64,000 nucleotides of DNA from Gammaproteobacteria bacterium (GTDB lineage Bacteria > Pseudomonadota > Gammaproteobacteria > JAADJB01), in the NCBI GenBank assembly GCA_013151035.1, contig JAADJB010000009.1:338-64337 (forward strand), given 5' to 3'. Positions within the stretch are counted from its first letter, which is position 1. Every line of letters begins with the position of its first letter. Under the pieces are notes generated by a model that was not told the origin of the DNA, made no database searches, and saw only the letters and a list, made by a program, of their open reading frames with translations. This document shows, piece after piece, positions 55,278-64,000 of this stretch. The translations under genes were made by a program, and so were the position numbers.

Positions 55278-56420
55278 ATGCTTATTAAAATCCAGAGAAT
55301 CCTTGTTTTACTGTTGATCGCCTTACCCATGATGGCACAGACTGCCCCGCGCCCAGTGCCCAAGGCACCTGCGATTGGTGCGCGCAGCTTTATTCTGCAA
55401 GACTACAATAGTGCTTATATCATCGCTGCCAAGGATGCTGAACAACCGATGGAACCGGCCAGTATCACCAAGATGATGACCGCCTATGTCATCTTCAAGG
55501 AACTCAAGGCAGGCAATATCAAATTAACCGACAAGGTGACCATCAGTGAACGCGCATGGCGCATGGAAGGTTCACGCATGTTTATCGAGGTCGGTAAAAA
55601 GGTTCTACTGGAAGACCTGATCAAGGGCATGATTATCCAATCGGGTAATGATGCCACTGTCGCCCTGGCTGAATACACAGCCGGTGATGAAATCACCTTT
55701 GCCGCACTGATGAACCAGCACGCCGTCGCCCTCGATATGGTACACACCCACTTCGTCAATAGTACCGGCTGGCCTGATCCTGAACATATCACCACAGCCG
55801 CAGATATCGCTAAACTGGCCCGTGCCTTGATCAGCGAGTTCCCCGAATACTACAGCTGGTATTCCGAAAAGAAATTCACCTTTAACAATATCACCCAATA
55901 CAATCGCAACAAGCTGCTCTGGCGTGACCCCAGTGTTGATGGACTAAAAACCGGCCATACCGATTCTGCCGGTTATTGCCTGGTAACCTCAGCCAAACGC
56001 GGCGAGATGCGCCTGATCTCAGTGGTACTGGGCACCGAAAGCAAAAAAGCCCGCACCGAGGCGAGTCAGGCATTATTAAACTATGGTTTTCGTTTCTTTG
56101 AAACTCACAAACCCTATAGTGCAAACACCGAATTAACCACCACTCGCGTCTGGCAAGGCACACAGGAAAAGCTTGCCCTGGGTCTGATGGATGATCTATA
56201 CATCACTATACCGCGTGGTGAACATGCACAGGTCAAAGCCATACTAGAGATTGATGAACAGATTATCGCACCGGTGACCACCGGTCAGAAATATGGCTCA
56301 CTGGACATTCAACTCCACGACAAGATTATCAAACAACAACCCCTGATTGCCCTGCAAGCCGTAAAAGAAGGCTCCCTCTGGCAGGTCATTAGCGACAAGA
56401 TATTGTTATATTTCGAGTAA
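55278..56420 (+). CDS. dacA: D-alanyl-D-alanine carboxypeptidase (PBP5/6)
   Basis: PASITK, SGN, KTG. Confidence 0.93.
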   Translation: MLIKIQRILVLLLIALPMMAQTAPRPVPKAPAIGARSFILQDYNSAYIIAAKDAEQPMEPASITKMMTAYVIFKELKAGNIKLTDKVTISERAWRMEGSRMFIEVGKKVLLEDLIKGMIIQSGNDATVALAEYTAGDEITFAALMNQHAVALDMVHTHFVNSTGWPDPEHITTAADIAKLARALISEFPEYYSWYSEKKFTFNNITQYNRNKLLWRDPSVDGLKTGHTDSAGYCLVTSAKRGEMRLISVVLGTESKKARTEASQALLNYGFRFFETHKPYSANTELTTTRVWQGTQEKLALGLMDDLYITIPRGEHAQVKAILEIDEQIIAPVTTGQKYGSLDIQLHDKIIKQQPLIALQAVKEGSLWQVISDKILLYFE

Positions 56421-56438
56421 CAAGGGAAATTTTAATCA

Positions 56439-57302
56439 ATGTCCATCGTCTATCTAAATGGTGATTTCCTGCCAATAGAACAGGCCCATGTCTCTGTTCT
56501 GGATCGGGGTTTTCTGCTGGGTGATGGTATCTATGAGGTGATCCCTGCCTATGGTGGCCGTTTGTTCCGTCTGACAGAACACCTGCAACGGCTGGATAAT
56601 AGCCTGGCAGCTATTCAGCTGAGCAATCCAAAGACAAGCAACGAATGGCAGGATATGCTGGAAGATCTGGTACAACGTAATGGCGTGCATGACCAGTCCA
56701 TCTATATTCAGATCACACGCGGCGTTGCCAGCAAACGCGAACATCACTTCCCTGATAATGTCATCGCCACCGTGTTTGCCATGAGTAACCCGATCCACAT
56801 CCCTGAACTCGATCTACAACAGGGCTACAAGGCGATTACCCACGAGGATATCCGCTGGAAATACTGTAATATCAAGGCCATTACCCTGTTACCCAATGTG
56901 CTATTAAGACAAAAGGCGGTTGAGGCCGATGCCGCCGAGGCCATCCTGATCCGGAATGGCAAGGCCACCGAGGGTGCTGCCAGCAATCTGTTTATTGTGC
57001 GTGACAAGCAGCTCATTACCCCACCCAAGGGTGGTTATATTCTGCCCGGCATTACCCGTGATCTAATCGTTGAACTGGCAAGCCACCATAATATTCCCCT
57101 GTGTGAAAAGGATATTAGCGAACAGGATCTACGCCATGCTGACGAGATCTGGATGAGCAGTTCAACCCGTGAGATCATCCCCATCACCCAACTGGATGAT
57201 CAATTCGTTGGTGATGGCAAGCCAGGGCCTTTATTCCGCCACATGGCAGCCCTCTACCACGATTGCCGTGAGGCTCTTCGCAATGGAGAAAAAAACCAAT
57301 GA
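56439..57302 (+). CDS. dat: D-amino-acid aminotransferase (class IV PLP enzyme)
   Basis: DRGFLLGDGIYEV, QITRG, IK, EGAASN, LPGITR. Confidence 0.88.
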   Translation: MSIVYLNGDFLPIEQAHVSVLDRGFLLGDGIYEVIPAYGGRLFRLTEHLQRLDNSLAAIQLSNPKTSNEWQDMLEDLVQRNGVHDQSIYIQITRGVASKREHHFPDNVIATVFAMSNPIHIPELDLQQGYKAITHEDIRWKYCNIKAITLLPNVLLRQKAVEADAAEAILIRNGKATEGAASNLFIVRDKQLITPPKGGYILPGITRDLIVELASHHNIPLCEKDISEQDLRHADEIWMSSSTREIIPITQLDDQFVGDGKPGPLFRHMAALYHDCREALRNGEKNQ

Positions 57303-57568
57303 ACAAAACCGATGAAACCCTGTTTGAATTCCCCTGTGATTTTCCAATCAAGGCAATGGGCAAGATACATGAGGATTTCGAGCAGCTCGTTGTTAATATC
57401 ATTGATCGTCATGTCGATGATATTAGTACATGCAAGATAAGCACCCGTAATAGCAAAAGCAATGGTTATCTTGCTGTCACTGTCATCATACGCGCACATA
57501 GTAAACAGCAACTGGATGCCATATATACCGATCTCACGGCAACAACCGAGATCATCATGGCACTGTAA
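57299..57568 (+). CDS. ybeD: YbeD (DUF493) family protein
   Basis: FEFPCDFPIKAMG, QLDAIY; upstream of lipB. Confidence 0.92.
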   Translation: MNKTDETLFEFPCDFPIKAMGKIHEDFEQLVVNIIDRHVDDISTCKISTRNSKSNGYLAVTVIIRAHSKQQLDAIYTDLTATTEIIMAL

Positions 57569-57580
57569 GCCATTAAAGCA

Positions 57581-58255
57581 GTGAAGCCGATATCCACACC
57601 ATCAAGTATCGCACTACACCATCTTGGCCTACAGGATTACCGAGATGTATGGCAGGCAATGCAGACTTTTACTGCCGAGCGAGAGGCTGATACCGAGGAT
57701 CAAATCTGGTTGGTACAACACCCCGCAGTCTTTACCCTGGGGCTGAATGGCAAAAGCAAACACCTGTTAAATCCGGGTGATATCCCGATAGTTAACAGCG
57801 ACCGGGGCGGACAAGTCACCTACCATGCACCGGGCCAGATTGTGCTCTATACCCTGCTCGATATAAAACGGCGCGACATGGGCGTACAACAACTGGTCCA
57901 TCAGCTGGAACAGATTATTATCAATCTGCTGGCAGACTACGATATTAGCGCACAAGCGCGTAAGGATGCACCGGGGGTCTATGTTGATGAACGCAAGATT
58001 GCCGCCCTTGGGCTGCGTATCAAACGCGGTTGTAGTTATCATGGTCTGGCACTCAATGTTGATCTGGATCTGGAACCCTTTGAGCGCATTAACCCCTGTG
58101 GTTATGTTGGACTACAGACCACCAGCCTCAAAAAGCTGGGGGTTAATGACAGCATTCCCATGGTCTGTGAACGGCTTTTGTCACATTTCCAGCAAGGGAT
58201 GGGATACACTATCCAGCCATACGATAAACACACAGCTACAACAGTAACCCTATGA
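57581..58255 (+). CDS. lipB: Octanoyltransferase LipB
   Basis: HPAVFTLG, RGGQVTYH, KIAALG, HGLALN, NPCG. Confidence 0.97.
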   Translation: MKPISTPSSIALHHLGLQDYRDVWQAMQTFTAEREADTEDQIWLVQHPAVFTLGLNGKSKHLLNPGDIPIVNSDRGGQVTYHAPGQIVLYTLLDIKRRDMGVQQLVHQLEQIIINLLADYDISAQARKDAPGVYVDERKIAALGLRIKRGCSYHGLALNVDLDLEPFERINPCGYVGLQTTSLKKLGVNDSIPMVCERLLSHFQQGMGYTIQPYDKHTATTVTL

Positions 58256-58281
58256 ATAAATACTCTCTCCCGTTAACTCAA

Positions 58282-58395
58282 GAGACAGGAATTACTCCTC
58301 TTTAGCGGAGACCGTCAGCCGCATGGACGCGGCTGTCGAGCCTACAGGGATGTATTCACGGCGTGTCTCCGATAAAGAGGAGCAGCTCCTGTCTC
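58282..58395. repeat. Palindromic MITE-like element of 114 bp (YPAL-like)
   Basis: Imperfect arms GAGACAGGA..CTCCTCTTTA.CGGAGAC / GTCTCCG.TAAAGAGGAG..TCCTGTCTC around a core with internal hairpins. Confidence 0.8.
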
Positions 58396-58420
58396 GCACT
58401 TACCAGGCATATTGTTTTCA

Positions 58421-59362
58421 ATGAATAAAGAAAAACCCATTAAACAACGCGGCAAGGAAAAAACTGCCCGTATCCCGATCAAGATCGAGACCACCACCCG
58501 GATACAACGTAAGCCAGCCTGGATTCGTGCTAAATCACCCGCCCACCCCGAGGTTCAACGGCTCAAGAAGATCCTGCGTGAACAAAAACTCTACACCGTC
58601 TGTGAAGAAGCCTCCTGCCCCAACCTGGGTGAGTGCTTTAGTCATGGCACCGCCACCTTCATGATTATGGGTGATGTCTGTACCCGTCGTTGTCCATTCT
58701 GCGATGTCGCCCATGGTCGACCAGACCCCCTGGACGCTGATGAGCCTGAAAACATGGCAAAAACTATCGAGGCGATGGGACTAAACTATGTCGTCATCAC
58801 ATCCGTCGACCGCGATGATCTGCGTGATGGAGGTGCCCAGCACTTTGCCGACTGCATCAGTGCCATTCGTAAACGCACACCCAAGGTACGCATCGAGATC
58901 CTGGTGCCCGATTTCCGTGGCCGCATGGAGGTCGCCCTCAAAATCCTGACCAACACCCCACCCGATGTCTTCAACCACAACCTGGAGACCGTGCCACGCC
59001 TGTATAAAAAGGCTCGCCCCGGTGCCGATTACCAATGGTCGCTCAAGCTATTAAAAGAATTCAAGGCACACTGCCCCGAGGTGCCCACCAAGTCGGGTCT
59101 AATGCTGGGGCTAGGTGAAGAAAACCCCGAGATTGAACAGGTGATGCAAGATCTACGCGAACATGATTGCAATATGCTGACACTGGGACAATACCTGCAA
59201 CCCAGCATTCACCATATTGCGCTGGATCGTTATGTACACCCCGACGAGTTTGATGAGTTTACCCGCATCGGTGATGCCATGGGCTTCACCCATGTCGCCA
59301 GTGGGCCAATGGTACGTTCTTCGTATCATGCCGATCAGCAGGCGGCAGGGGTGATTAAATAG
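58421..59362 (+). CDS. lipA: Lipoyl synthase
   Basis: [24 protein letters not shown]. Confidence 0.98.
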   Translation: MNKEKPIKQRGKEKTARIPIKIETTTRIQRKPAWIRAKSPAHPEVQRLKKILREQKLYTVCEEASCPNLGECFSHGTATFMIMGDVCTRRCPFCDVAHGRPDPLDADEPENMAKTIEAMGLNYVVITSVDRDDLRDGGAQHFADCISAIRKRTPKVRIEILVPDFRGRMEVALKILTNTPPDVFNHNLETVPRLYKKARPGADYQWSLKLLKEFKAHCPEVPTKSGLMLGLGEENPEIEQVMQDLREHDCNMLTLGQYLQPSIHHIALDRYVHPDEFDEFTRIGDAMGFTHVASGPMVRSSYHADQQAAGVIK

Positions 59363-59464
59363 GTATACTGCCCCCCTACCCCACAAAAAACAATCCACTG
59401 GCTCACCCAGTGAGCCATCACATCAGGTTAAAAGTAGCCCAAGTGAATTTGCATTATCAGCTTC

Positions 59465-59836
59465 TTATTTTGGTATGTAATTGACATCTGGTAAACCTTT
59501 AAAGTCAATATCTTGAGTCCATAGCGTAGCATTATATTGTTTTGCAGTTGTATATATAATGCTATCCGCCATTGGTAATTTGTACTTTAAGCTAAACTTC
59601 GCAGCAGCAGTTGAAATTGAGGACGTAAGCTCTATAATTTGTCCTTTTTGAATTGCCGCAAGAGCTTGTAACAGGTGATTTTCATCACTCTCTCGAAGTA
59701 TTACTTTTGATATTTCGTAAATACATATTGTTGGCACTATAAGTTCTTCAAGTTCTTTTATAGGAACAGAAAATTTTGTGGCATTCTGGCCACCTTCAAA
59801 GTATTCAAGCCAGCCTGAAGAATCGACAACATTCAT
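59465..59836 (-). CDS. vapC: VapC PIN-domain toxin
   Basis: VVDSSGWLEY, E, MADSII, TQDIDF. Confidence 0.92.
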   Translation of the reverse strand: MNVVDSSGWLEYFEGGQNATKFSVPIKELEELIVPTICIYEISKVILRESDENHLLQALAAIQKGQIIELTSSISTAAAKFSLKYKLPMADSIIYTTAKQYNATLWTQDIDFKGLPDVNYIPK

Positions 59837-60039
59837 AACCTATCTTCTTCTCTAGTGAATGATGTATCAATACCTTTAAGAAAACCTTCAAGTTCACCTA
59901 TATCTCTTTCCGGGATAAATTCGATTCTGTTTTCGTATTGAACGACCTGCATTCGTTGACCAGGTGATAGGTGTAATGACTCTCTGATCTCTTTAGGAAT
60001 AACAACCTGGAATTTGGGTGACACTTTAACACTTAACAC
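59833..60039 (-). CDS. AbrB/MazE/SpoVT-family antitoxin
   Basis: KVSPKFQVVIPKEIRE; GTG start with AGGAG RBS; overlaps vapC. Confidence 0.9.
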   Translation of the reverse strand: MLSVKVSPKFQVVIPKEIRESLHLSPGQRMQVVQYENRIEFIPERDIGELEGFLKGIDTSFTREEDRL

Positions 60040-60051
60040 TATCAACACTCC

Positions 60052-60090
60052 TATCGATTCACGTAAAGTATTACGATATCTACATCGATA
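60052..60090. promoter_or_regulatory. Probable operator of the toxin-antitoxin operon
   Basis: Inverted repeats TATCGAT...ATCGATA and CGTAA-AGTA-TTACG immediately upstream of the antitoxin. Confidence 0.45.
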
Positions 60091-60116
60091 TACTTTGTCA
60101 AATGCTAACTGGAAAC

Positions 60117-61319
60117 CTAAGCCAATGGTGGAAATTTTATCACAGGCGTGATGCCTGCCCGATTACACCAGGTACTCCAGCGACTTATTGATGTCTGTAC
60201 ACGTTCAATAACCCCCTTCATATACACAGGCTTCAACCCCACTGACTCCCCTACTCTCAGCATGTGTACCTCAGCAGGATCTTTGCCTTCCCCTGCAATC
60301 GCTGAGGTATGTTCACCATTGATACCATTCGAACAGGTTAAATCATAAGCGGGCGCAAGCCGCCATGCACCGCTTTCATCCATTAGGAAAGAGAAATTCT
60401 TGGAGTGATCATCCCTGTTATGAGCCAACACATTGAATGCCATCACAACAAAGGCACGTTCCACATCAGCAGCATTACGCGTCAATGTTTGCGTTGCCTT
60501 CAATACGTCAATATAGTCCAGTGATGGCAATCTAAAATCAGCATTAAGCAATCCACCAAGGGTATGCATGTGAATGCGCCGCTGCCCCTCTCGGTCAAAG
60601 CGTTTGATGCCAAACCATGCCTTACCGTTATTATCATAGAACAGTCGCGTTTCAGGCATATCGATACCTGCATCCTGCGCCATCAATGAATAGGCATATT
60701 CAATTCTTCCCGTATCAGGATGATCATCTGCTGGGAAAAATTTAATAATCCAGGGATCAAATCCTTCTGGTGACTCAGCCTCACCAGAGATCATTCGATC
60801 ATCACACAGATGCACAAGAATCTTGGGACACACACCCGCAGGAGAACCACCCGCCTGTGCTATTTGAGGCAATATGTCACTGACCCGACCTTCATAGATA
60901 TTAATAGCATTGCTAGCCATAGCACCAACATCAAGCTCAAAGGAATCATCCGCAATATCATCCCTGGCTGGCTCATAAGTCAACGCACCCATCGTTCGGT
61001 TCCCCATATAAGCAAGCCTGTCCAGTGGTGTCAGGTATCTCGTTTCAACACCCAATGAGCGTAAATGCCGATTCATCAACAACAGTCCCCAACCATCTGG
61101 AAGAGAATCATTAAACAGACCAAACAAGCCACCCCACGGCACCGCTTCTGCCGATACCGCACCCGCCTTCAACGGCAGGTTAAAGGGAGATAGTTCTAGT
61201 CCAGTAGATAAAAAGTCAGAGGTATATTCAAAATAGATGCGTTCCTGATACAAGGCCAATTGCCCAACAGCAATAGAACTACCGGGAGCCAGGGAATAAT
61301 GAACATTCAGCGCACTCAT
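60117..61319 (-). CDS. hipA: HipA family kinase toxin
   Basis: DSLPDGWG, WIIKF, EYAYS.MA..AGI, KRFDR, NRDDHSKNF, LAPAYD. Confidence 0.93.
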   Translation of the reverse strand: MSALNVHYSLAPGSSIAVGQLALYQERIYFEYTSDFLSTGLELSPFNLPLKAGAVSAEAVPWGGLFGLFNDSLPDGWGLLLMNRHLRSLGVETRYLTPLDRLAYMGNRTMGALTYEPARDDIADDSFELDVGAMASNAINIYEGRVSDILPQIAQAGGSPAGVCPKILVHLCDDRMISGEAESPEGFDPWIIKFFPADDHPDTGRIEYAYSLMAQDAGIDMPETRLFYDNNGKAWFGIKRFDREGQRRIHMHTLGGLLNADFRLPSLDYIDVLKATQTLTRNAADVERAFVVMAFNVLAHNRDDHSKNFSFLMDESGAWRLAPAYDLTCSNGINGEHTSAIAGEGKDPAEVHMLRVGESVGLKPVYMKGVIERVQTSISRWSTWCNRAGITPVIKFPPLA

Positions 61320-61633
61320 CGCCTGCCCCGCTTTGGCAAAGGCTGCTGCCGATCCTCGATCTCACGGATTGATGTTATCTCATCAGCCTCAAACAAAGAA
61401 TGCAATTTCCTGCTCTCATCCAGTGCAAAGGCAATCTTAAGAAAGTTCTCCAGGGTGATCTTTCCACTCTGTTCAAAGTTACGAATGGTTTCTGGCGACA
61501 CCCCACTCTTCTCACTCAAGGTAGTTCGTTTATAACCATAACGCAGACGCAATGCCTTCGCCTTACGACCCAAGCTCTTCTGTAAATCAGTTGGATTGTC
61601 ACGCAATTCTTGATATGTTATTGGTTTATTCAT
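61316..61633 (-). CDS. XRE HTH antitoxin (HipB-like)
   Basis: LSEKSGVSPETIRNFEQSGKITL; overlaps the hipA start. Confidence 0.88.
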   Translation of the reverse strand: MNKPITYQELRDNPTDLQKSLGRKAKALRLRYGYKRTTLSEKSGVSPETIRNFEQSGKITLENFLKIAFALDESRKLHSLFEADEITSIREIEDRQQPLPKRGRR

Positions 61634-61786
61634 ACCAATAATTATAGTTATATCTACTTTATTGGTCAAATATTGCTAGTTATTATTAATAATAGGTGAT
61701 TGGAAAGAATTGATCTATCCATTTAGTATGTTATGGTTATTATCATCTAGTTATATATGGATCGGCTACAAAAGGACATTAGAAAC

Positions 61787-64000
61787 ATGCCAGAAACATC
61801 CTACCCATTTATTGCACATAAAAGAAAAGACGGGCGTGAACAGTCACTTATTTGTCATCTCACTGAAGTGGGGGATATTGCTGCGGAGCTGGCATCGAAA
61901 ATAGGGGCTTCAGGTGCTGGAGAGTTAATTGGGTTATTACATGACTTTGGAAAGTTCAGTGTGGATTTTCAGGCATATATAGGTTCTGCTACTGGAAAAA
62001 TAAATCCAGATGAAGATAACTATGTTGATTTTAGAGGTTTAAAAGGAAAAATAGATCATTCTTCTGCTGGTGCACAATGGATATGGGAAACCTGCCATAG
62101 ATGGGGGGAACAAGGTCAGTTGGTTGGTCAGATGTTGGCAATATGTATTGCATCACATCACAGTGGTCTTATTGATTGTCTTAAGCCAGATGGCGATAAC
62201 GCATTTTTGGCCAGAATGAAAAAACTGGATGGTAAAACATATAAAAATGAATGTTTGAAAAATGCACCACAAAATTATCTGGATAAGTTAGAGACTTCGG
62301 TAGATAAGGAGTTGATGCAGGAAGCATTAACACAACTACAGAAAGTCATACAAATTGAAAATAGGAAGCTCCCCATAACTATCCAATCTTTTAATCTAGG
62401 TTTCTGGACACGTATGTTATTCAGTTGCCTGATTGATGCGGATCGAATTAATAGTGCTGATTTTGAATATCCTGAAAACGCTCAACATAGGAGGGACACG
62501 CCAATTGATTGGTCAACTCCGGTTAATCGTCTTGAATCAGCTATTAAAGAATTCAGCGGTGAAAAGGACATAGATGAGTTACGGCGAAATATTTCAGATA
62601 CTTGCAAAAATCGAGCAAAAGATACACAAGGAATTTATACGCTTACGGTACCCACAGGTGGAGGAAAAACCTACGCCAGTTTACGTTATGCATTACATCA
62701 TGCTCTATACCGTTCAAAGAACAATAAGGAAATGCCTGTAGATCGCATTATTTATATAATTCCATTTACATCAATTATTGAACAAAATGCACAAGCGATT
62801 CGCGAAGTGCTTGAATGTTCAAAAGATGAATTTCCATGGGTGCTGGAACAGCATTCAAATTTAGAGCCTGAGACACAGACTTGGCACAGCAAACTGGTTT
62901 CAGAGAACTGGGATGCTCCGATTGTAATGACAACAATGGTGCAATTTCTTGAGGTGCTATTTTCAGGAGGAACAAGAGGTGTAAGAAAAATGCACCAACT
63001 GGCTAACAGTGTGCTGATATTTGATGAAATTCAGACATTGCCGATCAACTGTACCCATCTATTTTGTAATGCGCTTAATTTTCTCACCAATTTTTGCAAT
63101 ACTACTGCTGTGCTGTGTACAGCAACTCAACCTTTGCTTGATCAGCTTAAAACACCAGAAAAAGGTCAGTTAGTCATACCAGAAGAAAATGAACTGGTGA
63201 GTGATGTACCTAAACTTTTTGAAGATTTAGAACGGGTGAAATTGAATAATAGGGTTCGTCCTAAAGGATGGACAACGGAGCAAATCGCAGATCTTGCCCT
63301 GGATGAATTTAATAAACTCAGTAGTTGTCTGATTATTGTTAATACCAAATCATGGGCGCAGCAACTCTTTCAAGCATTGCAGTCTGAAGTAGATAAAGGT
63401 GAAATATTTCAATTAAGCACCAGTCTTTGTCCCGCACATCGTAAAATGATCCTTGCTAAGGTTCGGGAACGGTTGGAAAAAAATCAACCCGTATTATGTA
63501 TTAGCACTCAACTGATTGAAGCTGGTGTTGATGTGGACTTTGCATCAGTGATCCGGTTTCTTGCAGGGCTAGATTCCATTGCACAGGCTGCCGGTCGCTG
63601 TAACAGAAATGGTTTGCGTGAAATGGCAGAAGTTCATGTCGTGAACCCGAGTGAGGAAAAAATTGATTTATTAAAAGACATAAAAATTGGCCGAGATAAG
63701 GCGCAACGTGTTTTTGATGAAGGCTTTAAAAATTTGTTGGCACCGGATGCAATTAAGCAATATTTTAAATATTATTTTTATGACCGTGCAGGAGAAATGA
63801 GTTACCCAGTATCTTCAAAACACTTAGGCAGGGATGATAATTTATTAAATCTGTTAAGTAACAACTCAAGAAATGTAGGCTGTAACAGTAATCCAATACT
63901 GCTTCGGCAATCATTTATGACAGCAGGAAAAGTGTTTAAAGCCATTGACTCACCGACACAGGCGGTTATTGTGCCTTATGGGGACGAGGGAGCAAAAATC
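61787..64000 (+). CDS. cas3: CRISPR-associated HD nuclease/helicase Cas3, probably type I-C, truncated by the window end
   Basis: Manual translation: AH...QSL..HL, LLHDFGK, DHS, HH, VPTGGGKT, FDEIQ, CTATQP, STQLIEAGVD, QAAGRCNR; AAGGA RBS; absent from the ORF track because no stop falls in the window. Confidence 0.93.
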   Translation, partial: MPETSYPFIAHKRKDGREQSLICHLTEVGDIAAELASKIGASGAGELIGLLHDFGKFSVDFQAYIGSATGKINPDEDNYVDFRGLKGKIDHSSAGAQWIWETCHRWGEQGQLVGQMLAICIASHHSGLIDCLKPDGDNAFLARMKKLDGKTYKNECLKNAPQNYLDKLETSVDKELMQEALTQLQKVIQIENRKLPITIQSFNLGFWTRMLFSCLIDADRINSADFEYPENAQHRRDTPIDWSTPVNRLESAIKEFSGEKDIDELRRNISDTCKNRAKDTQGIYTLTVPTGGGKTYASLRYALHHALYRSKNNKEMPVDRIIYIIPFTSIIEQNAQAIREVLECSKDEFPWVLEQHSNLEPETQTWHSKLVSENWDAPIVMTTMVQFLEVLFSGGTRGVRKMHQLANSVLIFDEIQTLPINCTHLFCNALNFLTNFCNTTAVLCTATQPLLDQLKTPEKGQLVIPEENELVSDVPKLFEDLERVKLNNRVRPKGWTTEQIADLALDEFNKLSSCLIIVNTKSWAQQLFQALQSEVDKGEIFQLSTSLCPAHRKMILAKVRERLEKNQPVLCISTQLIEAGVDVDFASVIRFLAGLDSIAQAAGRCNRNGLREMAEVHVVNPSEEKIDLLKDIKIGRDKAQRVFDEGFKNLLAPDAIKQYFKYYFYDRAGEMSYPVSSKHLGRDDNLLNLLSNNSRNVGCNSNPILLRQSFMTAGKVFKAIDSPTQAVIVPYGDEGAKI

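Noticed and set aside
61710-63348. Short ORFs 61710-61904, 62775-62975 and 63166-63348
   Set aside because: They are alternative-frame or antisense shadows of cas3
59363-64000. CRISPR array near cas3
   Set aside because: No regularly spaced repeats are visible in the window; an array may lie downstream

Overview
Chromosomal window from a Gammaproteobacterium; gene content (gatCAB, monomeric icd, dat, VPLPA/PEP-CTERM proteins) fits a marine Chromatiales-like lineage, which is an inference. Housekeeping blocks: tRNA-Met-ychF-pth-rplY-prs-tRNA-Gln-ispE-lolB-TPR / hemA-prfA-prmC; gatCAB / mreBCD-mrdA-rodA-mltB...rlpA-dacA-dat-ybeD-lipB-lipA. Accessory blocks: (i) an AT-rich segment beyond the tRNA-Met 3' end; (ii) two PEP-CTERM-type proteins and a PAS-GGDEF-EAL / REC-PP2C pair; (iii) an anaerobic-respiration region of about 20 kb; (iv) HEPN-MNT, VapBC and HipBA toxin-antitoxin pairs and the 5' part of a cas3 gene that runs off the window. 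The most unusual element is in (iii): an operon encoding a Tat-exported nitrate-reductase-family molybdoenzyme with mixed NapA and NasA/NarB motifs, no napB or napD, a class I dihaem cytochrome, two NapG-like proteins, NapH, an unknown exported protein, a second membrane polyferredoxin, NapF and a five-haem NapC. It is divergent from narXL and lies near ubiUVT and an fnr homologue. Also notable are a prfA gene that appears to lack an ATG/GTG/TTG start and several families of palindromic repeats. All calls come from motifs read by eye; no searches were run.
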